64,000 bases of DNA, from contig MNCI01002155.1 in assembly GCA_015680685.1 (NCBI GenBank), positions 88,040 through 152,039 on the forward strand, in the 5' to 3' direction. The DNA is from Gnetum montanum (Eukaryota > Plantae > Gnetophyta). Below, one piece after another: positions 43,611 through 56,239 of this stretch (position 1 is the first letter of the stretch; every line of letters starts with the position of its first letter). The notes beneath the pieces are model-generated. The model ran no database searches, was not told the DNA's origin, and saw only the letters and a list, made by a program, of their open reading frames with translations. A program made the translations under genes and the position numbers.

Positions 43611-45199
43611 AATAATATTTATTTTAAGGTGATTTTATGATCAAAGTAAGACAAAACCTAGTAAAAATAGGCTATGAATTATTAAAATATGATAAAATTT
43701 AGAGCAAACAAGCCATAAATTGCTAAAATAAGCAAAAATCTAGTAAAAAAGATCATAAATTATTAAAAAAGTAGTAATATTATGAAAATAAGGAAGAAAT
43801 TTCTGTAAACTTCTAGAATAAGTAAAAATCTAGTAGAAATAGCCAAAATAAGCAAAAATATTATGAGAATAGGTTGTAAACTTCTATAATAATGGCTTTT
43901 TGTGGTTAAAATATTTAAAAAGATAAAAATTGATTTTTCTAATGTGCAGGCCCTGATTTCCTAGTGTGTGAGGATTGTGTGACATACCCACAACATGTGG
44001 GATCTCTCAGCATAAGAAGAATTGTAACAAGATTTATGACTTGTTTGGCTTGATTTGACTACATCTAGGCTGTGTAGGGCTAGTTCAGGGCTTGTTCAAC
44101 CATTTTTGGTAGTGTATGGATAGGTTTGATTAGGGTTATAGCTTGCTAGTATCTCATACACTACGACAACATGTGGGATAGGCTTCCCCAGCATGTGGAA
44201 CCTAAACCTAGTTTTGATAGCTTGTGAAGGTCAAATTTCCATCCCAAGTCTTGTGGAACTCACTAGGCTACTTATGAGAAATTTTGGGCATGGTGAATCT
44301 TGGTGTAAGGCTCACATGCTAGCCCACATGTTGCCATAGTATGTGGGATAGGTGCTCTAATGTGTGGAACCTAACCATGCTAGTTTGTGGGGATTTTGTC
44401 TCTATTTTTTGCTTCTCTAGGCTTCCATGAAAGCATCTAGGCTATGAGGTGAGATCTATAGTTCTTTCAAACATCTCAGGCAAAGTATGATGTATATGAG
44501 GTGGGTTTAGAAGTTTTTGGTATCTCACATGTTCCCCCACACATTGTCAGAGAGTGTGGAACATGCCTTCCTAGCATGTGAGCACTTGTGGATGAAATCC
44601 TAGCATGTGATGATGAAATTTCTAGTGTATGAGTAGTTTTAGATGGGGTTTTAACATGTTGGAATTTTTTGGATTTTTTCAAGGTTTGGTGAGGCCCTTT
44701 GGACAACATGTGGGCTAGTTTAGTAAGAGAAATGATTGGTGTAGACTTCACATGTTGTCCCACATGCTACCAAAACATGTGGAATATAATTCTCTAGCAT
44801 GTGGACATTTTAAAGTTGATTCCAGCATGTGGGGTTGTTTGGTGTTCTTACCCAAGTCCTGTGGGATCCACCCATGGTCAAACTATTAGCCTGTAAGCTA
44901 GGAAGTCAAAATCTCAAGAAAATCTTATTGTGTAAGATCTATTTAGTTATCTATTCTCTAATCATAGCATGCAGAAGGTTTCTTGTGACATATAGAGGGT
45001 TTCATGGGTAGTGTGTGGACATTGTGAGAGGACTTTTGATATCAAAACCCAGTGTGTGAGCTTATTTCTCACCTAATTTCTTAAGGGCATCATATAAGAG
45101 TTGGATTTTTTAGTTAAAACCCATATACCCAACACTTCATAGTAATTTTTGCATTTATCCATCCCTGTATACAACACGATTGTAGAAAATCTAAGAATT

Positions 45200-48100
45200 T
45201 GGGCTTCTTCCTACAATAATTGAGGTAACACTCTCAAGTTTCAGTGACCATGGTGAAGAAGATTAGGTTAACAAGTTAGAATCTAGTGTTGGATAAGGTG
45301 GAGAAGGTAGTATGGATCATCTCCAAGCTTTTTGATCCATATACAAGTGAAGGATCTTCTTCAAGGGCCACCAAGTTCCAATCTTCCTTGTATTTTCTTT
45401 ACTTTTGACAAATTTGTGAAAATGTTTTTCCATTCCTAGGCTTGCTTCGATTGAATTTTACATTCTCACTGCACCAAATTCAAGGTTTAGGCTTTTTGAT
45501 CATGTTAGATTTGAAACTTGGATTTTTGGGCATCTTGTGATAGAGATTTGAATTTTTTCCTCACACCTATGCATAGCATTTTTTCCCTATTTTTATCGGT
45601 TTTGGTCAAATTTGATGATTTTTTCTAGCTCATATGAAATGCAATTTTTGGATTCTAGTACCACAGAATTGTTGTTTGAGGTCTTTTGACCATTTTAGAT
45701 GTAAATTTAAAATTTTTAGATTTTTTATTGTTGAGATCTGAATTTTTTATCAATCCAATGCAGAAATTTTTTGCCCATTTTTTCAAAATTTTGTAGTTTT
45801 TCCATGGAAAAACTAGCATCATTGATAAATTTTTGATCACATGTGGTTAGCTTCTTAGGTTCCTAGTGATTGTAGATATAGTGTGGAAGGGTTCTAGGTC
45901 AAGTTTGGACTTTTCAGAAATTTTTCTTGAATTTCTCATAGGGTTTTTTCTTACATTTGGTTCACTACAAACTAGGGATTTTCGGTGGAAATTCTATGAA
46001 AATCTAGATTTTTCTACACTATAACTATAGCATTGATGGTGAATTCAAGGTTTCTAAGCATATTCTCAGCATTTGAAATTGAAAATAATTTTTAAAATTT
46101 TTAAAGATATTTTTTCCTAGCTCCAAGTACTATGTTGGTTAGTTACAATTTTGATTGTAGAGTTTTACAGTGTTTATGGCTAGAATTGACAGCGTTGGGT
46201 ATTTGGGCTTGGGTTTTAGTCATTGTGCAATTTTTTCTAAGTTTCATGGCCAACATATGAAACTCTTTGGGCTTGATGGGGTAGTGTATGAGAGCCTTTG
46301 AGGTTTTTTTTAAGGGAAGAATAACAACATTTGGGCTCTAAGAACCAAGAAAACTCATGTTTCTCATCATCATTTTTCCTATATTCTAAGTGTTTTGGGA
46401 CTATGGAACTTCTTTGGCCACTTTTTATAGGCATTCTCCATCCTTTAACCCATAGAATTGTCAATTTTGGCTTCTAGTTGTGCAAAAACTTGGTTTCATG
46501 TTAACTATTTGTGAAAAAGCTTGTTTTAAGGCCTTACATGTCAACTATCTGTTAAAATGTCAAGATAGTTTTTCTGTATGTTGAATGCCCATTAAGATGT
46601 CAAATTTAATTTTTTTAAATGTTAATTGAAGTGTGAAAGACTAAATTTTGGTTTACATTGGAATGCTATATGAGTTAGTGGACTTGGTCAGTTTTTAATA
46701 ATTTTTTGCTCAATACCAATGCTATCATTTTAGAGGCTATTTTGCTTCAATTTTGTTAGATTTTATTCTAATGTTTCTATGGTTTCTATGGTTTCTATGG
46801 TCTTATGGTTATATGGCTTGGCTATGTGTAGGACATTGTTAAAACCTATTTTAATCATTGTGGAGTTGGTAGGGATCGTATGTTGCACAAGGATGGCCAC
46901 TCAGAATAGAATGCCAATATGATCATTGACAAACACATCCCAATATAGTTTAGATTTGATGCTAGAGAATTCTTGATGTACCTACTCCACAATTATAGTG
47001 TGATTATGTGGTTTGCACTTGGATGTAGATGTTTGTGCCATAATCACAAAGACTCTTACGATAGGGTCTTCAAGCTATATCTTATAGTTCATTATGGAAG
47101 ATCTAGATACTCATAGAGAAATAAAGTGGAATGAGGGCTCATATTCAGTGAGAGTTCAATAGTTGTCCCAAATCTAGGAGATGCCAAAGTATTCATAGTA
47201 TAATGCTAATAACACCTTGATGCTAGATCACCAAATCAACACTCTATTCCAAAACCCTCCTCAAACTATCTACCTATTAGAAGCATAAGCCTAGTTTTAA
47301 ATCAATATATTTTGTTTATTTTTGGTTTTAATGTTGTTTTTTCTAAGTTTTTCTCATGCTTTGGTTTTGTAGGTATAGGGTACACCATGAAGGATTGGTG
47401 AAAAATGACCAAACCTTATTTATGGCCTAGACAACCTTGGAGGAGTTTAGCAAGGTGAGATCATAAGAATGTGAGTGCTTAACCAGCTTAGTGTTGAGTT
47501 TGGTAGGTACCTTATGCAATATTCTCATGTATAGTAGATGTGTGTAGTTACCAATTATACACACAAATTTTAACCTCTTCAAGATTTACAAGCATGTTAA
47601 CAATTTTTGTTTAAGATTCCAACTTTGCTGAAGCTCGATGAGTGAACATTCATTTAAGCATGGTTAACATTTTTGTATTTATTATTTTTCTATTTTTAAA
47701 TTTTTATAGTTTTTTATGATTTTGGATTGTCTACGGTGTAAGAGGCTAATGGGCTACCTATGTTATGTATTCTCTATGTGAGTCTATCATCACCGTGATA
47801 ACTTCAAGTTGTAGCGAGGAGAAGATTCTCCTCAAATGGGGTGAAGTAGTCCAAGAACAAGCATGGTTGACAAACAAAGCTCTTGCAGATTTCCAATAGA
47901 GGACTGTTGATGTAGGTTTATTTGAGTTGTTCATGCTACCTAGTCTATTAATATTGTAGGTCAAGATGTTGAATGTGATTGACTCTTTTGATAAGAGGAT
48001 CACCAAATTTATCACTTGTGTTCATGGTTTTCCAATTTTCTTAAGGATTAATGAGTCCATGCTTAGTGATCTTTTTGGCATACCTTCTAGTAGTTTCAAG

Positions 48101-49023
48101 GTAGCTATTAGAGTAGGGAAGGATGTAGATCATAGAGAGAAAAGGAAGGCTTGGCTTAAATCACCTACCAATGCTACATTATCTTTTAGTAGGTGTGATG
48201 TTGACAAGGCAAATGAGACATACCTTCTTTTTATTCTAGAGCTTTTCCCATGATACTATCATAGAAGAGAACCATAGGGGTTTAACATGCCTGGACTATG
48301 AAAAAGGTTTTAATTGATGGAACTAGGTTTAATTGGGCTACATTCTTGGTTACTAGTCTAAGGGATGAAGTCTGAAAGCTCCATAATAATCTTGATTCTA
48401 TATATGATGTGCATTTTACATTTTTTGATACATACCTTAAAAGGTTTGCAAAGTTTTTGGTGGTGAAGAGAGATGGAAAGTGGGTAGCTCATGATACCTT
48501 CCAACTTTCCAAGCCTTGGACTAAACACATCATTTAGGCTATGCGTGTCCAAGATCTACTAGTGAAGGAGGTTGGAGAGTCATTGTTAGTTACCACTAAG
48601 AATGTTAGTATTGTACATTATTATTTCCCTAACAACACAGGGATAGAGCACCATGCTACACATGATAATGCAAAAAGAGCCAAAAGGATATGCATAGAAG
48701 CTGATGGCATCACTAGAGAAAAGATAAATAGACCACAAGTTACAAAAAATGTTCTTGTTGTTGACTAGTAGCATGTAAGAAGCTAGCCATTAAGTTTTAC
48801 AAGGTCAATTAGGCTATTGGAGGTATGTACATATTATATTTTTATCCTTTTAGCTTTTGTATTATTTTCTTTGATTATATTTTTTTTGTTTTATAGTTAT
48901 GTTCATTGGTCATCACTCTTACTGATCGTTTGAATGCTACATTATCTACAAGCCACAAGCGATAGTAGTGATGGCATTGGCGATGATGTTGAGGATGATC
49001 CTACTCCTCCTCCTATGGCTTAG
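45200..49023 (+). pseudogene. Decayed multi-exon accessory gene, antisense to element D: FCP1/NIF-like HAD domain + plant-transposon (PMD/Transposase_32-like) domain
   Basis: Putative exons are ~45200-45389, 46832-47285, 47373-47454, ~47740-48822 and 48897-49023, separated by T-rich introns (48823-48896 is GTATGT..TAG). Motifs: ILIIVELVGIV, FR(F/P)DAREFLMYLLHNYSVIMW, YNANNTLMLDH..LFQNPP, INESMLSDLFGIP and GTRFNWATFL. Confidence 0.7.
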
Positions 49024-49502
49024 TCTTGGCTACTATTGGACATGTTATATTTTTTTATTATATTATTATAGTTGTTCTTATTTGGCTATCATAGGCTTGG
49101 AGACTATGTCCTATTTTTGTTATTGTCTATTGCATAGTGCAGCTATGGATATGGACATTTATTTTTTGTAATTGTCATACAGTGTGACTATAGCTACTAT
49201 TTTGGCTTTGGCTTAAAATATATTTTTCAGTTTTTTATGTTTTAAAATTTTTATATGTTTTATGTTTTTATGTTATTTCATAGTTTTTTTTTTCATAAAC
49301 ATAAAAAATAGACATATGTTGTAAATTGACAATTGATGTGAACATGTAAAGTAAGGCTATGTAGAAAATTGGTAAACATGATGTAATAAAATAAAAATTA
49401 TAAGGTAGAAATGTAAACACATGAATAAAACCAGAATATGTACAAGGTTACTAGTGAAATGACCACAAAATATGTACAAGGATAAGAAAATACACTACAT
49501 AC

Positions 49503-52500
49503 TCAATTATGCAACTATTTTCTAATCTTTGAAAGATTAGGAAATGTATAAGGTCTTTGTTGCACAATTTTACACTCCCTTTTTCCTTTGCTTATGATGT
49601 TAAATGGAATCTCTTCCCATTTGGTTTTCAACCCCAATGTTATTGGTTTTTGCTTGGTTTATCTAATTATGGTTATTGACTTTTTTTTTGGTTGTGGAAG
49701 TTTCTTCTTGAAACTCCACATCAAATCCTTGCTCTATGTTAACATTGTTGATGGACAAGGGGATTGTGTTATGTTTGTGGATTATGATTTTACCTTCCTC
49801 TTAATGTAGGTGAATTTTTTAATGGATCAAGAAAGAGACTATCCATAATTTGGCCAACTAAGGCCTCCCTAGGATTAGATTGAAATCTGGTGTCTCTTCT
49901 ATCATAAGAAATTAGCAAATGTGGGGAATTATTCCCCAGCCATGAAGTCTAATGTAATTAATCCTCTTACCACTACATGTGACTCATTAAATGATTTGAG
50001 TGTGAAGGTGGAGGTGTTTTGGATGCCTTTGATCAAACCTAAGTGCTCCACGATAGGAAAGGGAATAATGTTTGTGGCTGCCTTGTCATCTACATGTAGT
50101 CAATGAACCTTGTACTAGTCAACTCTAACCATTATAAAAAATGGAGCTTTGGACACTTCACCATTTTAAGGGTTGGTTTTCACCTTGCTACCACAAAACA
50201 TTAAGATGGTTGTTTTCATTTATTCCTAGGGTGATGGTGGTACTATCACTATGTGGATAGATTCTTTGTTGGCTGGGATATCCTCACTTACAGGAATGAA
50301 AGTCAACATCTTAACTAGAGCTTCATAGTGGGCAAGGGAGGTCATAACCAAGTCATACAAGCTAAAGAAGTATTATTTTATTCTAGTGAGAGCTTGACCT
50401 ACTCCATAGTAGTGAGAAAGTCTTTATCATTATTATATGCCTTATCAGTTTTGTTGGCTTTGACCTCCTCCATTCTACCTTGGATTTTAACCTCATGTTT
50501 CAACATTTGTTGTTTTGTTTCCTTCCCCTTCTCTTATTTTTGGTTGCCCTTCATAGGTTAGTTGGTAGATGTGGTTTGAGCATTGGAATCCATAGGTATT
50601 ACTGAAATTAGGGTAGGCTTTGGTAGGCCTACTTCCTTTCACACCTTTGGTTGGTTTGTGTCCTTAGCCTTAGGCTTAAGAACTTGCTTCTTGTGTTGTT
50701 TTGGGGGTGACTTCTTATTATTCGTTTGGGAAGATGTTGAGGCATTGGCCACTATAGGAGGATGCTAGTCAACCTAGGCTACAAGTTTAGAGGTAGAGGG
50801 AGGGAACATCCCAATGATAAAAGGTTTTTTGGAAGCCATAGGTGGTGGTATCATTATAACAAATAAAGTTCTTGAACTCATAGAAGTCTATTCATTATGA
50901 GGAGGTCTTTGAACCACAAATGGTTCCTTAGCAGTTTTAGGCTTATCATGGATGTTGAAGGTGGATATGGTGAATTGATTATTGTTAACATTGATAGGAT
51001 CCTTATATACCTACATGATTTGGTTTTGAGGCTTGGTAGGGCTATATGCATTTAGAACTAATTGTCCAATATCTAGCATCTTTTGTAAATCATCTTTTAG
51101 GGTCAAGAAAAAATTAGTATCATGGCTAGGAAGTTGATGGTAGTGGTAGAATCTATCTAACTTGAAGTACTTGGGCATGATAGGATCATCCTTCATGGTT
51201 GTAGTGGGATCCTTAGCAATCTCACATAAGCGATCATGCCTCTTACAAGCATTCTTAGATAGTTGCTTGTATTGGATATGATTGCTCTTGAGCAACTAAT
51301 TGAGAAGATTTGATGGTTTTGTGGGTATTTGGTATACTTGGACCTATCTTTCCTCTCAAAATTAAGCTTTGAAGGGTTAGCCATGAAAGCACCTGACATT
51401 GATGGTTGCAGAGCAATGGTAGTGGCCTTAGGTTATGTAGTCTTTGGCCCTTGTGTTGTTTTGGGTTCTTTGACCATTATGGGCATGACTACCTATGCTT
51501 GTTGCCTTTATCCTTGTCCCTCTCAATGTGTTGGTTCTTATAGATCATGTATGTAGGGTTGTTACCAACTTTTGCTGCATCCTCTATGTTATTAACTTAG
51601 GAAAAGGCTTGACTGAGGGATTGGGGATCTAAATAATAAAGCTTAAACTTGATAAAATCATTAACCATACCCTTGAAAATGATCAAAAGGTATGTTTCAA
51701 AGATGGGTTTAGATATTTTGTTAAGTATGATGTTTCATCTTTATATAAACTTTTGTATAGGCTCAAGGGGCCCTTGTCTCACTTTTATAAGTTGATCAAG
51801 CATTATGGCATGTTTCAAGTTGTACTTGAAATGGTTAATGAATTGATTTATCAAGTCATCTAGGGAAGAGATATATCCTTTGGATAGTGCCCAGTACCAG
51901 TTAGGAGCTTTTCCAATCAAGGACAACACAGTGTGGAACCAATCCTACAGTTATAAGCACTTCAATGAAAGGTAATTAGGTGAGCATTGGTATCACATTC
52001 ACCATTGTATTTAGTGAAGTGAGAGATTGGGATCCCTACAAGAAGAGTTATTTGCAGGATGTTAGGGTTGATTGGTTCATCTTGATAAAAGTTCATGACT
52101 TTTACTACTTATGTGGTACTAACCTCAATATTTTTTAACTTGTTGGTGAGGCTTTGGATTAGCTAAAAAGCTTGATCTAGGCTATGAGGTACTCTTGCAA
52201 GTTGTGTTTGTTGAAAGATTGGTTGTACTAGTGGTTGAATCACTTAAGGTTGGGTAATGGATTGTGGCATCAATTGGAAAGGCCTTGTTTCCATTTTTGT
52301 AGGAGGGTTGAAGAGGGAAAATGATGTTTGAGTAGGTATTTTCATGATAAAGGGGATAAAGAAGATGTAAGAAGTTAGAAGAACTTGAGGTCCTGAAGAT
52401 GGGCCTACTGAAAGGGTAAAAGGAGGTGGCATAAAAGTGATAGTCAGTGGTGGCCATGTGGAATGAGGTTGGGTTTTGAAGGAAAGAGATATAAATAGGG

Positions 52501-52875
52501 AAGGAACATGGAAAATCAATATGGAAGATTTCCCCACAGAGGTGGTAGGTGTTACCTACATGGAATACAAGGGGTTTTTTACAGATAAGTTGGAGAGGGA
52601 TTGTTACATATTTTTCTTCTTATTAACATCATTGTCATAGTACCCCCAAACCCATCCTGGTCCTCTTAGTCTTACCCTAAGCTACCTTCCTCACTTATCC
52701 TAACTTCCTTGTCATCCTCTACCATTTGGGCTAATAGGTTAATGTAAATTTTTGAAAGTTTGAGTTCATCATATGAGGGGGAAATGTATTCCTTCCTATT
52801 TTGATAAACAAACTCAAACTCACACTTGGAGTCTAACTCCTTGCGTGGAATGGGTGGGTCATCTTGGATTTTCAT
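49503..52875 (-). pseudogene. gag-protease remnant of element D
   Basis: FTKYNGECD..AHL and SLIGKAPNWY..L..G.ISS. Tat-type knuckle FYHYHQLPSHDTNFFLTLKDDLQ. Protease VDDKAATNI...FNLILGRP. Confidence 0.85.
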
Positions 52876-53134
52876 ACATATAAAGTTATAATACTTTTCA
52901 GTGATATTGACATATGTGGGATTACATCACATCAACCTAAGGAACTACCTGTGCTCCATCACATCTAGGTCCCTAGGGTCATAGATGAGAGCAGATTGTT
53001 GGTTAGCATCCATACCAATGATGTGGTGCCATGAGATGGTAGAGGAAGAAGGCATAAAATGTAATAGACCAATTAAGTAGTCAAGGTGATTAAGATTTTT
53101 AAGGTTCCTAACATTTCAAATAAGCTATAAGTTT

Positions 53135-53334
53135 GCAGTGTGTAAGACTCATAGTGTGTGAGACTATAGCATGTGAAGCTATGATGTGTAAGACTCACAG
53201 TGTGTGGGAATTATAGTGTGTAGGAGTTGTAGCGTGTGAAGCTATAATGCATAGAAGTTAGAACATATAAAGCTATAACATGTAAAGGTTGTAGTGTATG
53301 AAGCTATAGTTTATGAGGCTATAGCATATGAAGC
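53135..53334. repeat. 15-16 bp tandem array (about 13 units, ~ATAGTGTGTGAAGCT) in the 5' leader of element D
   Basis: Units counted by eye. TG/CA/CG alternate at the same positions. Confidence 0.88.
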
Positions 53335-53816
53335 AAATTGGCTTTAAAACATAAGAACAAAAAGGGAAAAATAATATACATTACAACTATAAAAATGATT
53401 TTGTTTGTTTTAAATTTTTCCTAGCATATTTTAACAAGGTAGAGAAGAAATGCAAACAGGTTTTAGTGTATGACCAAAAAGGGAAAAAATTGCAAACTGT
53501 AATCATAGGAACCTTTGGTAGTAGTGTGCACTATAATTGCAAGGGTAGTGCAGGGGATTGTGGCAATGTTGTGCATTGTAATTGCAAATATTAAATTTTC
53601 AATTGTAAAGTGGAGGAAACATGGGTAGTGTTGCACATTGCAATTGTAAAACATAGCAATAAAATTTTTGTAAATAAAACTAACTACAAGGCTATACCCT
53701 AGAATTTTGGAAAACCCCAAATAATTTTTGTTTGACAAAATAAAGCTCATACACCAAGGCAAAAACAAATAGAGAATTTTTTGCAAGTAGGTTTTAGACT
53801 GAGAAGTTAGGTAGAG

Positions 53817-53834
53817 GCCCTCCTTCTAGCACCT
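53817..53834 (-). promoter_or_regulatory. Primer-binding site of element D (tRNA-Asn type)
   Basis: Plus-strand GCCCTCCTTCTAGCACC matches the plant tRNA-Asn 3' end GCCCTCCTTCTAGCGCCA (recalled, not searched). It lies 5 bp from the LTR. Confidence 0.75.
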
Positions 53835-53839
53835 CAAAT

Positions 53840-54820
53840 TGTAATAGCTAAAAAATTTTGTGCTCAAGAATTAAGGATCTTAGTGTGGAATAATTTAGCT
53901 ATAAGCTCCATGGGCCTTAGAAGGATCTAGAGCACATTAAATAGTTTGGTTGATCACTTAAGGACTTGGGGGATCTATTTTGAATGCATAAATGAAAGTA
54001 AACTACAATGTATGAAGATAATGTTTTAGCATGGGACTTAAGAATAGACCACAAAATGCAAGAAATATGCAAGAAATATAGTCAAGAAAAAACTACAAAC
54101 TTCATATTTAATGTTGTAAAGAATACTATTCCAAAAAAAGTGGTTTAGAAGGTATAGATCAAAGCTTTGAAAGCTTGAGAATAAATAGTATCTTTTGTAA
54201 TTCGATGTAGGTGGCAGGGTATGTTCTACATAAAATCTGCACTAGTCTCCCATTTGATCTACATAATGAATGTTGCTACAAGTTTGATCTGCCCTTAGGA
54301 ATTAGCACTACCAATGCTACAAAAAATCTATTGCTATGCTTTTGTGTTTCTTGCCAAAGTGTGATCTACCCAAGAGTCCTAAAAATGGCATTGAATCTAG
54401 TATTTATATGTCTTGAATTTGTTGTGCTAGTGTTGGTTATAGTTGCATTTTTTCATTGGAGCATTACATGATGTTTTGAATCATCAGTGTAGCATATGGG
54501 TTAAGCCTCCAAACTCCACACGGTGCCACAACATGTGGGATTGAAATGTGCAATGTGTAAGATAAAAATTTCAATTTTTTGTAGTGTATGAAGCATTTTT
54601 GCCTTCACACACTGGCATAAATGGAATTCATAGCATGTGGGATGAAAATTTCAATTTTTACATTAAAAAATGATAAAAAAATTCTCCAAAAACACGACAA
54701 TGGGGTAGGATTTTTGATGGAAAAACAAGGCAATTAATTTTGCCTTTAGATCCCCACCAAGTTACAATGAAAATCATGGCTATCAAGCTTTTATTTGGGC
54801 CATGAATTTTCCTTTAGGTA
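53840..54820 (-). repeat. 5' LTR of element D
   Basis: TGTAATAGCTAAAAAATTT... colinear with 37152-38109. Confidence 0.88.
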
Positions 54821-56239
54821 TAGCCCATTGGATTAGAGGTTGATTGATTAGGTAGCAAAGAAGGAAGAAAAACTAAAAGAGAGAGAGAGAAAAAGAGAAT
54901 GCTAAGGAGTATAACAGTGATCACTCTTTACAAAACAAAGGTCTGTCTCTATGAACCAAAAGAGAAGGCATAATTGGAAGAGGTAGTTCAAAGAAAAACC
55001 TTGCCAATCTAAAAGTTAGTAACTAAAATTTTGGCTAATTTTGAAATAATGTGGAACTTAATTGATGAAATTTTTTAAATAGCATTAAAAATCATGAAGG
55101 AAAAGTAGAACAAGATGCTAAAGATTAGGATAGAAGGAAAAAAAGAAGATGCAAGGAAGGACTAATACTAGTATAAGGAAAAAGTATCTATAGTGGAAAA
55201 GATTACAGACTCCAATTAAGAGGATGAAGGATATGACATGTATCAATATGAGCATTCCTAGGGATGTCTTCTAGTTTTGTCACATTTTCAAGAGTTAAGA
55301 ATTTATTCCTTAAAACCAAAACTCATCAAGAGGAAAACACTTAGGAGATTACTTCATTATTAAGGTAACTATATGCAACCTTACTAACTATAATAATACT
55401 ATCCTAGTGGGACTTCCCCTCAACCTCAAGAGTATTATTTGTAGTTGCATAATCCATAGTAATGGAGGATGGTAACATAAAGATAGCAATATGCCCATAA
55501 GTAGCTTGATCCTTATGGATGTCATGTCTAGCAACTTGTGTTCTTTAGTAGCTCCACCACCCATATCTTTACTTATCAGTACTATCTTATTAAGTACCAT
55601 AGACCCACTACTCCATGGGTTGAATCTTACTCCATGTGTTGAATCTTCCTCCTATGCTCTTCATCCTTATTAGCACTCTCAACGACATGCTTCTAATCCA
55701 TTGTCGCCTGCTCTAGCCATGCAAGATTAACTGCATTCACAGCTATGATAACAAGTTACTATAAGAGTTGTAAATATGTAAGTGGATGAGAACTCAATTG
55801 GTTTTGAGTGCAAGCCTTCAAAATGTTTATTCTTTATACTTACCTATCCTTCCAAATCTATGCAAGAATTCATGATTGTGGACCCCACACCAATAGTCTT
55901 ACATATGCATTCCAAGCTACCTTCAAACCAAAGTACATCCAACGTACAAACTTTCATGTTAACAAATGTTATAACTATTTAGATTAAGGAAGGTAATCTT
56001 TCAAGAAAGAGAACTAATTTGAGAAGACCTCTTATTTACCTATAGATTGTAGGAACTTGATTCTAGAGTGTAGAGTTAACTTGATCTCACAAGAAAGATA
56101 TAAAATTTGGAAGTTACCTTTTTTAAAGAAATGAAACATGAAGCTAAGTCTTGCTAACTATTTTATCACCATTTCCTTGGGATTGATGGAAGACATTATA
56201 ACCATCATTAGTAGATAATCATACCCTACTAATTTCATT

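Larger units (their letters stand above)
37152..54820 (-). mobile_element. Large Tat/Ogre-like Ty3/gypsy retrotransposon (element D, ~17.7 kb)
   Basis: Direct repeats of ~0.97 kb at 37152-38120 and 53840-~54820. Minus-strand gag, PROT, RT, RH, additional RNase H and INT. tRNA-Asn-type PBS. No clean TSD was resolved, so the right end is uncertain by ~10 bp. Confidence 0.9.
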
